From assembly GCA_965209155.1 (NCBI GenBank), contig OZ242383.1, positions 384,001-448,000 on the forward strand: a stretch of DNA of 64,000 nucleotides, in the 5' to 3' direction. The stretch is from a bacterium (GTDB taxonomy: Bacteria; SAR324; NAC60-12). A program made the translations under genes and the position numbers. Of the stretch, positions 37,697 to 48,121 are shown in pieces; the stretch's first letter is position 1; every line of letters starts with the position of its first letter. The notes beneath the pieces were generated by a model, which was not told the origin of the DNA, did no database searches, and was given only the letters and a program-made list of their open reading frames with translations.

Positions 37697-38497
37697 ATGA
37701 GGATCTGTACCATTGATGATATGAGCCGAGGGGACGCCTGCAGTAACACAGCTCAAGACTGCCTCTGCTTTGGGTACCATTCCGCCATGAATGAGCCCTA
37801 CGCTCAGCAAACGTTTCACTTCTTCGACACCCAGTTCTGGTTGCAGCTTATCTCCCACCATAATGCCATTGACGTCCGTCATAAAAATTATTTTATAGGC
37901 TTGCACAGCAACCGCAATTGAAGCGGCTACCGTGTCGGCGTTGAGGTTATAAGTGACGCCTCCTTCTCCCAAACCAATGGGAGATATGACGGGTAAAAAT
38001 TCTTTTTGCATCAAGACATGTAATAGTTCCGGATTGATTCGTTTGATATCTCCCACATAACCCAAGTCCACTCCACTCTCATGTTCTTTTTTAAAAGCTT
38101 CAATCAAACAACCATCTTTGCCACTCAATCCAACTGCCTTGCCATCAAAGGTATTGAGGTGGGCAATGATTTCTTTGTTGACGGTTCCGGATAGCACCAT
38201 TTCCGCCACTTTGATATTTTCTTCACTGGTGACCCGCAATCCATCAATGAACGACACTTTTTGTCCCAATTGTTGCATTGTCTTACTGATTTCGGGTCCT
38301 CCACCATGAACAATGACAGGTTGCATTCCGAGGGATTGTAACAAAACGATATCCTGCGCAAACTGGATTTTCAGGTCCTCTTCAATCATCGCTGCCCCTC
38401 CATACTTGATCACTACGATCTTATCTTTGAACTCTTGGATATAGGCAAGTGCTTCGAGGAGGAGATTTTTTTTCTCTTCTGTGGCAATTTCATGCAT
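37640..38497 (-). CDS. argB: Acetylglutamate kinase
   Basis: VIKYGGAAM, VHGGGPEI, GLRVT, NLNAD, GGMVPK. Confidence 0.95.
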   Translation of the reverse strand: MHEIATEEKKNLLLEALAYIQEFKDKIVVIKYGGAAMIEEDLKIQFAQDIVLLQSLGMQPVIVHGGGPEISKTMQQLGQKVSFIDGLRVTSEENIKVAEMVLSGTVNKEIIAHLNTFDGKAVGLSGKDGCLIEAFKKEHESGVDLGYVGDIKRINPELLHVLMQKEFLPVISPIGLGEGGVTYNLNADTVAASIAVAVQAYKIIFMTDVNGIMVGDKLQPELGVEEVKRLLSVGLIHGGMVPKAEAVLSCVTAGVPSAHIINGTDPHSVITELFTDKGTGTKIIY

Positions 38498-40241
38498 GTT
38501 GGACACTTGATTTGGCCTTATCACCCCGGGTGGAAGCGTGATTGAGCATTCGAAATCGGAACAGACAATTTTCGAATGAGATTTCGTCTCCTTCTTTGAG
38601 AAACCGTTGTTCCACTCTTCGGCGATTGACAAAAGTTCCTTCCTGATTGCTCAAGCTGACCAGTTTGTATTGCGTACCAATTCTAATAATTTTTGCATGT
38701 CTGAGTGCGATTTGAGAACTGTTCAGGACAACGTTGTTAGTTTTTGAACGACCAAAGAAAGTAATATTTTTTACCAGGTAATACTCCTGGCGCGTGGTCA
38801 TATTGATCAATGTTCCGACTTTCTTCCGGATGGGACCTAAAGGTTTGTCAAAATAGATGGGAATGGGAACCTGTTCATCGAGTTCAACATCCTTGTTGAT
38901 GTAATTGGTTTGATTCAGATAAATTAAAGTCATTTCTCCAATATCCAGAACGTCTCCATGCCGCAGTAAATAACGCTTTATCCGACGCCGGTTTATCAAC
39001 AATGCATTTTTATAGTTTTTATCTTCCAGAAAATAACTATTTTGCTCTGCCGTTAAGAGAACTTTGTCCAAATTAGCTGATAAACGTAAATTCCTCTTGG
39101 TTCGAATGGTAGAAAGAAAATCCAGTACATATGAACTTTGGTTGAGAGGAATAAACTGAAAATTTTCCCCTGGTGTCATAATTTGAAATCCAGTTTGCTT
39201 GGATAAAACGACAGACTTACGGTTCTTAAACAATAGCCTGCCGATACCGATTAAAAAGATTCCCCCGATACCGACAAGTCCTGAAAGTGGCATAGGTTTT
39301 TGGGTATGAGGCCAGATAGAAACATAATCCGCATGATGATGAATACTCTCTACTCCATGTTTCCCGATAAACTTGATTTCAATATCATGGGGAATGCTGC
39401 CCAGTGTTTTCAATTGATAGGTCAGTAAATATTCCTGCGATATTTTTTTTTGAATTTTCTGCAGCACTGAAGGCAGCTGCGCCATTGTGTCCAAACGATA
39501 AATTTCGCTTCTTCTCTCACTGACCAGCCTTTCCAGCCATTGAGGAGCTACTCCAATAACGATTGGAAAAAATGAAATCTGATACTTTTGTAAAAAATGG
39601 TTTATTGTATCTTCCAGGATTACCGATTCATTCCAAGAGGTGAAATCAGAAGTGATCAGGATGAGCCATTGCCGCTTGCCCCGTTGCTGAAACAATTCGG
39701 ATTGTTCTAAAATGAACTCGGCCCCAGCTTTTTTATGACTCGAATCGAGCTCCAATTCTTTGAGAAATGTTTCATATTTCTCTTTTGACCCAACAGGCTT
39801 TGATTGTAATCCGGAACCATTGAAATTGAGAAAGATTTCGTCTCTGACTTCCTTTTGTAGAATGAATTGATTTAAAGCACCCAGAATGGTTTCGAAATTT
39901 TTAGAAACAAGGGGCAGTTCCGGGTCCACCAGAAAGGCGATCCGTTGATCAAATTGTTGAAATTGATAACCAAAACCAGCAAATAAATAGGGTTCGTTAT
40001 TTACTTTAAAAATGACGTTATCCTTCGACAAATTGGCAATGTGTTGGTTATTTTCATCATAAATTTGTAAAAAAATATATCGTTCTCCTCCCATTGTAGC
40101 CAAATGGGAATCGATCATACTGATTTGAATTTGCCATTGACTTGCATCCGTTGACCCGATAATCAGGAAAAAGGCAATACAAGTCCAAAATACCCGCAAA
40201 AAGAGATAACGGATTATAAAAGAAACTGTATTTGGAATCAT
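38490..40241 (-). CDS. Membrane protein: vWA-like extracytoplasmic region, TM helix, two FHA domains
   Basis: FGRSKTNNVVL..HAKI..GTFVN..LKEGDEI; upstream LRHGDVLDIG. Confidence 0.7.
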   Translation of the reverse strand: MIPNTVSFIIRYLFLRVFWTCIAFFLIIGSTDASQWQIQISMIDSHLATMGGERYIFLQIYDENNQHIANLSKDNVIFKVNNEPYLFAGFGYQFQQFDQRIAFLVDPELPLVSKNFETILGALNQFILQKEVRDEIFLNFNGSGLQSKPVGSKEKYETFLKELELDSSHKKAGAEFILEQSELFQQRGKRQWLILITSDFTSWNESVILEDTINHFLQKYQISFFPIVIGVAPQWLERLVSERRSEIYRLDTMAQLPSVLQKIQKKISQEYLLTYQLKTLGSIPHDIEIKFIGKHGVESIHHHADYVSIWPHTQKPMPLSGLVGIGGIFLIGIGRLLFKNRKSVVLSKQTGFQIMTPGENFQFIPLNQSSYVLDFLSTIRTKRNLRLSANLDKVLLTAEQNSYFLEDKNYKNALLINRRRIKRYLLRHGDVLDIGEMTLIYLNQTNYINKDVELDEQVPIPIYFDKPLGPIRKKVGTLINMTTRQEYYLVKNITFFGRSKTNNVVLNSSQIALRHAKIIRIGTQYKLVSLSNQEGTFVNRRRVEQRFLKEGDEISFENCLFRFRMLNHASTRGDKAKSSVQHA

Positions 40242-41140
40242 GAGACCTCACAAAATTGAAGCAATGCTGATCCGAGTTTTATGATATCGCCGTTTTTCAT
40301 AGTTTGTTGTTCAACAAAACGATAATTGACATAAACTTGTCCCCCGGGGCAAACATTGATGATCTGATAATTTTGTTTATATTTAATTAAATGCGCATGG
40401 GTATCGCACACTTCAATATAGCCTCTCAAAATCACGTCGTTGTGAGGTTGGTAACCCATTGAATATTTATTTTTGTCCATCAGATAGATTTTTCCCTTGC
40501 TCTTACCAGTCAACACCCGCAAATAAACTTTTGAAGAAAAAACCTCGAAAAGAACAATCGACAATGACAAGATCATTCCAAAAACAATGAGACCAACCAG
40601 GTCGCCCATTATGGCAGTTGGCAACAGTTGGTATGCTTCGAAAAACAATCCTCCCAGCATTCCTCCGCAAATGGCACCTGCAATCTGGGAAATACTTTTC
40701 TTTGAAGAAGGCGTTGCGAAATTAATCAAGAGGCTTAACCAAAATCCAAATAGCGTCCAGCTGGCCACTCGCACCCATGAGAATGGGATGGCAATGGGCA
40801 GTGCCAGCAAACACTGACCCATCGTAAAACCCAGGAAACCACTTACTAATCCGAGACAAATACCGATGGGAATACTTTTCCGAAGTACAAAAAAATTTTC
40901 AAATAAAAGATCCTCTTTGGATTTGATAAAAATTCCTATCCCTATGCCAACGATGATTCCTTCATAGATGAATAAATCGAGCATAGGAAAAGGACCAATC
41001 CTCTCCTCTCCATATAAAAACACCTGAAGAAGGGACCAGCTGAAAAGTCCGCCAATGCCTCCAATCAACATATTTTGAATCAATCGTATAATTTTCATAG
41101 TTTCAACCTTTGCTGCGAGATCGCTTGAAAATACACGCAA
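40238..41140 (-). CDS. Multi-pass membrane protein with C-terminal FHA domain
   Basis: Gly-rich TM helices, then MGYQPHNDVIL..HAHL..VYVN..NGDIIKLG. Confidence 0.75.
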   Translation of the reverse strand: MRVFSSDLAAKVETMKIIRLIQNMLIGGIGGLFSWSLLQVFLYGEERIGPFPMLDLFIYEGIIVGIGIGIFIKSKEDLLFENFFVLRKSIPIGICLGLVSGFLGFTMGQCLLALPIAIPFSWVRVASWTLFGFWLSLLINFATPSSKKSISQIAGAICGGMLGGLFFEAYQLLPTAIMGDLVGLIVFGMILSLSIVLFEVFSSKVYLRVLTGKSKGKIYLMDKNKYSMGYQPHNDVILRGYIEVCDTHAHLIKYKQNYQIINVCPGGQVYVNYRFVEQQTMKNGDIIKLGSALLQFCEVS

Positions 41141-41660
41141 AAGAGTATCTTTTTTTTAAATTCGGTTAATATGCGGCAAGCATCGCCATGAAGCAGACAC
41201 AGTCAGTTCACTTTTAGTGGACTATGGCCCCTTTGGAGATATGCTACACCAAGTCGACAATTCCGTACCGGGGAAGCAGTTCTTTTCAGGCGTGAAATAG
41301 AAGGCAGGATTTCGGAATGAGAGGCAGCGAAAGAATCCTTTGATTTGATCTTCACATGAAAAACAGAAGAATCTCTCGATTTAGAGAATTTTCTTCCGGA
41401 TTTTCAAAGAGTCAATATTCGTATTTATATCCAGATAAATATTGCAAGGTTACATCAGATTCAATTTTTAAAAATAATCGGTGTATATTCAAACAGATTC
41501 TTATTGATTTTCTTTTTGCAAAGATTAAAAATTCTTCTGTCTTTTTTGTTTGCGTCTCATAACTCGATAGTGTTGGAATCCTTTGTCATCTCTGTTTTTG
41601 TTTCTCTCTACGCCTGTTTGGTGAATCACTTCAGTTATCGCGTATTTTTATTTTTACTCG

Positions 41661-41896
41661 AAGTTTAAAGATTCTCAAGTGAAAGATATAAAATCGTGTC
41701 CCAATTTTTTGCCCGCCGGCGAATGAAAGTTGGAATATCAAGATCGTTGGTAAAATCACTACGATGCCGTTTCCGAAGTTTAAAGATTCTCAAGTGAAAG
41801 ATATTATCTAAAATCGTGTCCCAATTTTTTTGCCCGCCGGCGAATGAAAGTTGGAATATCAAGATCGTTGGTAAAATCACTACGATGCCGTTTCCG
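41661..41896. repeat. Tandem duplication of the ftsZ 3' end
   Basis: 41661-41775 (115 bp) and 41776-41896 (121 bp) are identical except for 5-bp and 1-bp indels. Confidence 0.92.
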
Positions 41897-43318
41897 CCAT
41901 GCCCAGTCCGGGAACCTGGGACTTTCCTCGACATCGTCAGGTGAAGTTTTTAATGCAGCCTTCTCATCTTCAAGTTGAGATTTTGTGGAAGCCGAGTCCC
42001 TCTTGGTCTCTTTCAAGAGAGAAACTGCAACTTTTTTCGTTGTTGATGTCCGCTCTTCAATACTGGATTCAGGGGAGGGAGTGATAAAATTTTCAGCTTT
42101 TTGAATGACATTTTCCGAGTTTTGTAAGTTTTGCAGAGTCTTCATCTCATCATTTTCAGCGGAGAATCCTGGGACTCCGATGTCAATGCTGGTCAAATTA
42201 CCTTTTCGTGATTCTCTCGTTTTCTTCAATTGTTCCGTATTCAGTGTTGCCTTTTCCCCATTTTTTGCCATGGAATTGTACAAAGGCAACTCCATGCTTT
42301 TGTATGATGGATCAGAGACAATCTGTTGAGCCATTTCGGAGGGAGTCTCTTCCCTTCCAAATCCGGTTGCAATCACTGTGATTTGAATTTGTTCACCCTG
42401 TTCGGGATGAATCGATGCTCCCCAGATGATCGTCGCTTCTTCATCAGCTTGTCCTTGGATAAAAGATGCGGCTTCATTTACTTCATGAAGCGTCAAAGAA
42501 TTTCCACCGACTATATTCACTAAAACACCCCAGGATCCAATAATTTCACAATCATTCAAAAGCGGACTATGAATGGCTCTTTCTGCGGCAGTAATAGCTC
42601 GATTATCTCCGCTTGCGGATCCCACTCCCATCACTGCCTTGCCCCCATTTTGCATCACCGTTTTTACATCTGCAAAATCGAGATTGATGATTCCTTCATT
42701 GGTGATCAAGTCTGAAATACCTTGGATAGCTTGTCTCAATATATCATCTGCCAAATTGAAGGCTTCTACCATTGAAGTCCTTTGATTGACCATTTCTAAT
42801 AAGTTATCGTTGGGAATTACAATCAAAGTGTCCACCTGGTCTTTCAATTCCCGCACTCCATGCTCCGCATTTTTTCTACGTTGTAATCCTTCAAATTTAA
42901 AGGGCAAGGTCACCACACCAACCGTCAGAGTCTCTGCTTCTTTAGCAATTTGTGCCACGATGGGTGCGCCTCCAGTGCCAGTACCGCCTCCCATTCCAGC
43001 GGTAATAAAGACCATATCGGCCCCAGATACGAATTCTCGAATCAAATCAGTATTTTCTATGGCAGCTTCCCTTCCTACATTGGGTTTGGCCCCGGCACCC
43101 AAACCTTTGGTGCAATTGACTCCCAATTGCAATTTGTAGGTCGCTGCTGAATTTCTCAAATCTTGCAGGTCTGTATTTGCCGCAATGAATTCAACTACCT
43201 GCGCATCCATCATCGTAACCATACGGTTGATTGCATTACCACCTCCACCCCCTATTCCAATCACCTTGATGACTGGAGTGTCAAATTGGGATTGCTTGAT
43301 ATCGGAAAATCCTAACAT
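41804..43318 (-). CDS. ftsZ: Cell division protein FtsZ
   Basis: GGGGGNA, GMGGGTGTG, INLDFADV, C-terminal DLDIPTFIRR. Confidence 0.98.
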   Translation of the reverse strand: MLGFSDIKQSQFDTPVIKVIGIGGGGGNAINRMVTMMDAQVVEFIAANTDLQDLRNSAATYKLQLGVNCTKGLGAGAKPNVGREAAIENTDLIREFVSGADMVFITAGMGGGTGTGGAPIVAQIAKEAETLTVGVVTLPFKFEGLQRRKNAEHGVRELKDQVDTLIVIPNDNLLEMVNQRTSMVEAFNLADDILRQAIQGISDLITNEGIINLDFADVKTVMQNGGKAVMGVGSASGDNRAITAAERAIHSPLLNDCEIIGSWGVLVNIVGGNSLTLHEVNEAASFIQGQADEEATIIWGASIHPEQGEQIQITVIATGFGREETPSEMAQQIVSDPSYKSMELPLYNSMAKNGEKATLNTEQLKKTRESRKGNLTSIDIGVPGFSAENDEMKTLQNLQNSENVIQKAENFITPSPESSIEERTSTTKKVAVSLLKETKRDSASTKSQLEDEKAALKTSPDDVEESPRFPDWAWRKRHRSDFTNDLDIPTFIRRRAKKLGHDFR

Positions 43319-43339
43319 AATCCACCTTTTTGGATTGGA

Positions 43340-44578
43340 CTAGAAAAATTCATGCAACCAATCTTTCATGCGTCGTGAAACTTTATGAAATACATTGGTT
43401 TCATCTCCTGAAAATTGAAGCTTGCTTTGGCTATTGATCCCATACCTGACTAACCCGACGCTCGTGGCGTATTTGGGAGAATAGATCAACTCCTGGATAC
43501 CTGAAATGTTTTCCGGGAATCCTACTCGAACCGGGATGTTCAATACCTCGGATGCCAGTTCATCCGAACCCGGCATAATACAAGTTCCGCCTGTCACAAC
43601 GAGTCCCGAGGCGATCACATTGCGGTACTGAGATTTTTCAATTTCTGTGGCAATGAATTCAAAAATTTCACGGAATCGATCCTCGATTATTTCCGCTAAA
43701 ACTTGTTTGCGGATATTTCGGTTTCGCTGACCACCCACTCCCGAGACTTGAATCATCTCGTTTTTTTCAACCATCGAGACCATTGCGACGCCATGGTTGT
43801 GCTTGATCTCTTCAGCTTCTGCTAAAGGAGTACTCAGTCCAATGGCAACATCTTTGGTCAGGTGATCCCCCCCCAATGACAGAACCGCGGTGTGAACAAT
43901 ACTTCCTTCCGAATAAGTCGTGATGTCGGTTGTTCCTCCCCCTATGTCTACCAGTACTACCCCCACTTCCTGCTCATCTGAACTCAAAACGGCCTGACTG
44001 GATGCAAGGGGTTCCAGCACGATGTCTTCGACATCTAACCCTGCTTGGTTGCAACATTTAATTATATTCTGCGCAGAGGTCACTGAACCAGTGACGATAT
44101 GAACGTTCACTTCAAGACGGGTTCCCGACATGCCTAAGGGATTTTGCACGCCGTCCTGGTCATCGACAAGGAATTCCTGAGGGAGGATGTGGAGAACTTC
44201 CCGATCATTGGGAATGAGGACTTGCGCCGCATCAATCACTCGACGGATATCTTCTTCGGAAACCACCCGGTTGCGGTAAACCGTCACCATCCCATGGCTA
44301 TTGGTCCCCTTGATATGGTGACCGGCGATTCCTGCGTAGACTGAACTGATGGGCTGCCCACACATCAATTCGCATTCCTCTACTGCTTTTTTGATCGACT
44401 GAACTGTTTTTTCGATATTGACTACCACTCCTTTGCGTAATCCTTCTGATTTGGAAGTTCCCACACCTACGATGTTCAGGACTTCACCAGGATCTGATTC
44501 TGCCGCAATCGCGCAAATTTTCGTTGTACCAATATCTAACCCAACAATTACGTTTGTATTTTTATTTCGTGGTGGCAT
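43340..44578 (-). CDS. ftsA: Cell division protein FtsA
   Basis: GLDIGTTK, VDIGGGTT, VTGG, C-terminal amphipathic WLHEFF. Confidence 0.97.
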   Translation of the reverse strand: MPPRNKNTNVIVGLDIGTTKICAIAAESDPGEVLNIVGVGTSKSEGLRKGVVVNIEKTVQSIKKAVEECELMCGQPISSVYAGIAGHHIKGTNSHGMVTVYRNRVVSEEDIRRVIDAAQVLIPNDREVLHILPQEFLVDDQDGVQNPLGMSGTRLEVNVHIVTGSVTSAQNIIKCCNQAGLDVEDIVLEPLASSQAVLSSDEQEVGVVLVDIGGGTTDITTYSEGSIVHTAVLSLGGDHLTKDVAIGLSTPLAEAEEIKHNHGVAMVSMVEKNEMIQVSGVGGQRNRNIRKQVLAEIIEDRFREIFEFIATEIEKSQYRNVIASGLVVTGGTCIMPGSDELASEVLNIPVRVGFPENISGIQELIYSPKYATSVGLVRYGINSQSKLQFSGDETNVFHKVSRRMKDWLHEFF

Positions 44579-44833
44579 CCATGCACCTTACAGGTTTTTA
44601 GGCGAATGATCGCTCTATTACCTTTTTTCAACGGAAAAGTCCTCTTTTCGTGTGGGACATAACCTGCAACTTAATCCCTTTTATACCTTTTGTCAATCAC
44701 GATATTAACTCAGCAGGTTGATTTACTATCAGAAATATCCTTTTCTGGCAAATTTTTTGTGAAGTCCCCTTGTGAAATCGGATTGGCGCATCATCTTGAT
44801 TAAATAATTTAAGATCAAGCAACCTCTATTTTC

Positions 44834-46222
44834 TCAATGAAATAATCTTCGAACTTTTTTTAAATTGAGAGAAGTACACACCACAATCACGCGATCCCCA
44901 TTTTGAATTTGTGTTTTTCCGACGGCTACTTCCCACCTGTTTCTACGAAAAACGCCACCGATGAGAATGCTTCCTTTTTCCAGTAATAAATGCAATTTAT
45001 ACAGGGGTTTGCGTGTGATGGGAGAATCATGAGCGGCAACCAGTTCTATCACTTCGACATCGACGCCGTGCAAATGAGCAACTGCGAGGAGTTCACTGCG
45101 ACGAATGAATTTAAGGATTTCATTAGCGGCCGAAATTTTCGCGTTCAAAGCGATATCCAGTCCTATGGTGGAAGCCAGGACCAGGTAATCTTCTTTGTTG
45201 ACCAAGGCAATTGTTTTCCCTCGACTTCCTTTTATATCCCGGTGCTGTTTATTGATCAAATGCTTTGCCAGTAAACAGCTTATAATATTGGTTTCGTTGT
45301 CTCCCGTGGTGGCAATAAAAGTTTCCATGTCCAAAAGACCTGCTAGCGCCAGAGCATTGGCATCGGTACCGTCTCCATGTAAAACAGTGGTGTTGGACAA
45401 AGTGGTTGCCAAATCCTGGGCACGTTTGGCATCTTTTTCAATCAATTTAATTTGAACTGTTCTTTCAAGAAGGCTGGCGATGCGGGAACCGATCAATCCT
45501 CCCCCCAATATCATCAAATTTTGAATATTTTGCTGTCGTATTCCCATCAGACTCATCAGTTTGGGAATGTCTTCGCTTCGTGCAAGAATAAAAATCTGAT
45601 CCAAGGGCAAGATCACATGCTTTCCCCCAGGGATAATCGTTGTGATTCCGCGACCGATGGCAACCACGCGGAAAGGAAATTCGTTGTAAATCATCGCAAT
45701 TTCCATCAACGGCTTGTTTGCGAGGGGAGACTTTTCCGCCACACGGAGTGCCAGCACTTTTATCTGATCTCCACCGACCTCGATCACGTCATTGGCAGCG
45801 GTACGTTGGATCAATCGCGCAATTTCCTGAGCAACCAACTCCTCTGGGTTGACCATCAAATCAATGCATAAATCCTTTTTTCCCAGGAGTTCTCCTGTCT
45901 CCCCGAAGTCAAGAGAACGGGTTCGAACGATCTTGTATTTGACGCCATAGCGATCGGCAATCAAAGCGGCAATCATATTTACCGCATCGTCATTGGTAGT
46001 AGCAATCACCAAATCCATTTTCTCAACTTGCGCTTTTTTCCAGGATTCGGTTTCCATGGCATTCCCTTCAATGGTTCTGCCATCAAGGGTCTCCGCGGCA
46101 ATTCGCACCAAGTCTCGATTGGATTCCACAATCGTCACGGCATATTCTTCATGGGTCAAACGTTTGGCGATATGGTAACCGATTCCGCCCGCTCCTAAAA
46201 TCAGGATGTTTTGAATAGCCAT
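44834..46222 (-). CDS. trkA: Trk potassium uptake regulatory protein
   Basis: Two RCK domains (ILGAGGIG, ILGGGLIG). Confidence 0.93.
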   Translation of the reverse strand: MAIQNILILGAGGIGYHIAKRLTHEEYAVTIVESNRDLVRIAAETLDGRTIEGNAMETESWKKAQVEKMDLVIATTNDDAVNMIAALIADRYGVKYKIVRTRSLDFGETGELLGKKDLCIDLMVNPEELVAQEIARLIQRTAANDVIEVGGDQIKVLALRVAEKSPLANKPLMEIAMIYNEFPFRVVAIGRGITTIIPGGKHVILPLDQIFILARSEDIPKLMSLMGIRQQNIQNLMILGGGLIGSRIASLLERTVQIKLIEKDAKRAQDLATTLSNTTVLHGDGTDANALALAGLLDMETFIATTGDNETNIISCLLAKHLINKQHRDIKGSRGKTIALVNKEDYLVLASTIGLDIALNAKISAANEILKFIRRSELLAVAHLHGVDVEVIELVAAHDSPITRKPLYKLHLLLEKGSILIGGVFRRNRWEVAVGKTQIQNGDRVIVVCTSLNLKKVRRLFH

Positions 46223-46247
46223 TTAAAATCAAAAATGTAGAGAATTG

Positions 46248-47468
46248 TTAAATCAGTTCGTATTGAAAAAATCGGGCATTGAAGCGTTGTGGATTTTTAG
46301 AGGAAATATCCACTTCATACAAGTTCCCTGCTATGGAGACACTCGTTTTTCCATAAAAAACGTCAGGATCGTTTTTATATTCAAGACATTGGATAATAGC
46401 ATTGGCAATCCATTTTTCAATCTTCAATACAACCGTTTTTTTGCGTAAACGCCCCTGGTCGTCGCGATTCAAAATATTGGGGATGGTATTGGTTGTAATG
46501 AATTGATTCAAATGGGGCGAGTTGAGACTCTCGCGTCCTTCTGCTGAAATATAGGTATGGGTACAATAGAAGAATATATTCGCAGGTCTTGAATTTTCGT
46601 TTTCCATCAGTAATTCGATGCTGGCGGCAATGGTTCCCCCCGTGCGAACCATGTCATCCAAAATAAACACATCACGACCTTTCAGCAATTTCACATCATC
46701 GGAAATGTTTAATTCCACATTTCTCTGTCCGTAGCGAACTTTGTCCACGTTGACTAAAACCGATTTTTTTAAACCCGTGAATTCACGTACCCTGCTGACA
46801 AACCCCACTGCTCCGCTGTCTGGAGCCACAAAAGCCACGTTTATGCCTCCTTCTTCCAATCGAGCCAGTCCCGAACGTAAAATATAGTTGGCAACGATGT
46901 GGGAAATATCCAGATTGATAAAAGAAGGCTGGCTTGGGTGATTTTGATAGACCTCTTGATAAATCTTGGCCATCACTTGTGGTTTGTGATTGTGGACGGT
47001 CAAAACAAGATCCACTCCGGATTGTCGTAAAAGTCCCGCATAAAGACGTGCGGTCCAAGGCTGTCCAATGAATTTTTTTCGGGATTCAAAGTCGGTAATC
47101 TGTGGATGTTCCAAAGTACGGGGTCCGCGATCTTGAGCCGAGTAGAACAAATCAGGCTCGATCAAAGTGACAAAATCCGCTCCATTTTCCTTAGCCGCAG
47201 AAGCCAATAGGAAATTACGCAATGCTAACTCATTACGGGATGAATGTTGGGAGGTGGTGGAAACGATATAGACGGATTTACCTGCTAACCCATGTCCCAT
47301 GTTTTTTTCGTTGGGTTCATCCAACAAATAGCGGGGACAGAACTCACTATTGGCAAAATTCCTCAAAGATACCAGGTCCTGGATATCAATATCCTGTTGT
47401 TTGCCATAAGCCACCCCGATTGCAAAGGAGGCATCACCGACATTTGAAATTATGATGCTATCGCTCAT
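46248..47468 (-). CDS. prs: Ribose-phosphate pyrophosphokinase-like protein (divergent, with insertions)
   Basis: FANSE, YSAQDR, VAPDSG, ILDDMVRTGGT, TNTIP; sits in a purine operon. Confidence 0.75.
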   Translation of the reverse strand: MSDSIIISNVGDASFAIGVAYGKQQDIDIQDLVSLRNFANSEFCPRYLLDEPNEKNMGHGLAGKSVYIVSTTSQHSSRNELALRNFLLASAAKENGADFVTLIEPDLFYSAQDRGPRTLEHPQITDFESRKKFIGQPWTARLYAGLLRQSGVDLVLTVHNHKPQVMAKIYQEVYQNHPSQPSFINLDISHIVANYILRSGLARLEEGGINVAFVAPDSGAVGFVSRVREFTGLKKSVLVNVDKVRYGQRNVELNISDDVKLLKGRDVFILDDMVRTGGTIAASIELLMENENSRPANIFFYCTHTYISAEGRESLNSPHLNQFITTNTIPNILNRDDQGRLRKKTVVLKIEKWIANAIIQCLEYKNDPDVFYGKTSVSIAGNLYEVDISSKNPQRFNARFFQYELI

Positions 47469-47494
47469 CTGGACCCGATGTATTGTCTGGTTAA

Positions 47495-48121
47495 TTAAGG
47501 GGAGATCACCGTTCTTCCTTTCACTTGAAGGGAATCTTCCGCAATCCAGCCGATGGCCTTGGGCAATATACGATGTTCTTCTTTTAATATGCGTGCCGAA
47601 AGGGTTGCTTCCGTATCATTTGAGAAAACCGGAACACTCGCTTGGATGATAATGGACCCGGTATCGACCCCTTCGTCCACAAAAAACACGGAGCACCCTG
47701 CGATCTTGACGCCATAGTTCAATGCTTGCCTTTGGGCGTGCATTCCCGGGAATGCGGGTAGGAGAGAAGGATGGACATTGATTAAACGATTTTTCCAAAC
47801 CTTGACGAATGACGAAGAAAGCAGTCTGGTAAAACCGGCGAGCACAACCAATTGAACCCCGTAATCTTCAAGAATTCGGGTCAATTCGGCATCAAATGCC
47901 TCTCGAGAATTGAAATCATGATGAGATACAAATTTAACATCGATGCCGTGACGTTTTGCCCGTACCAAAGCAAATGCCGTTTGTACGTTAGAGAGCACAA
48001 TTTTGGTTTCAATGGGAAGAATACCAGATTTTTGTTGATCTATAATAGCCTGCAAGTTCGTTCCGCTTCCGGAGACGAGAACACCCACGGGCAAAGCAGT
48101 ACGCTGGAGTGGGAAAGTCAT
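47495..48121 (-). CDS. purN: Phosphoribosylglycinamide formyltransferase
   Basis: SGSGTNLQA, INVHPSLLP, VDEGVDTG. Confidence 0.95.
   Translation of the reverse strand: MTFPLQRTALPVGVLVSGSGTNLQAIIDQQKSGILPIETKIVLSNVQTAFALVRAKRHGIDVKFVSHHDFNSREAFDAELTRILEDYGVQLVVLAGFTRLLSSSFVKVWKNRLINVHPSLLPAFPGMHAQRQALNYGVKIAGCSVFFVDEGVDTGSIIIQASVPVFSNDTEATLSARILKEEHRILPKAIGWIAEDSLQVKGRTVISP

Noticed and set aside
41661..41896. Possible CRISPR array
   Set aside because: Only two long adjacent units, no spacers and no cas genes; it is a ftsZ 3' duplication.
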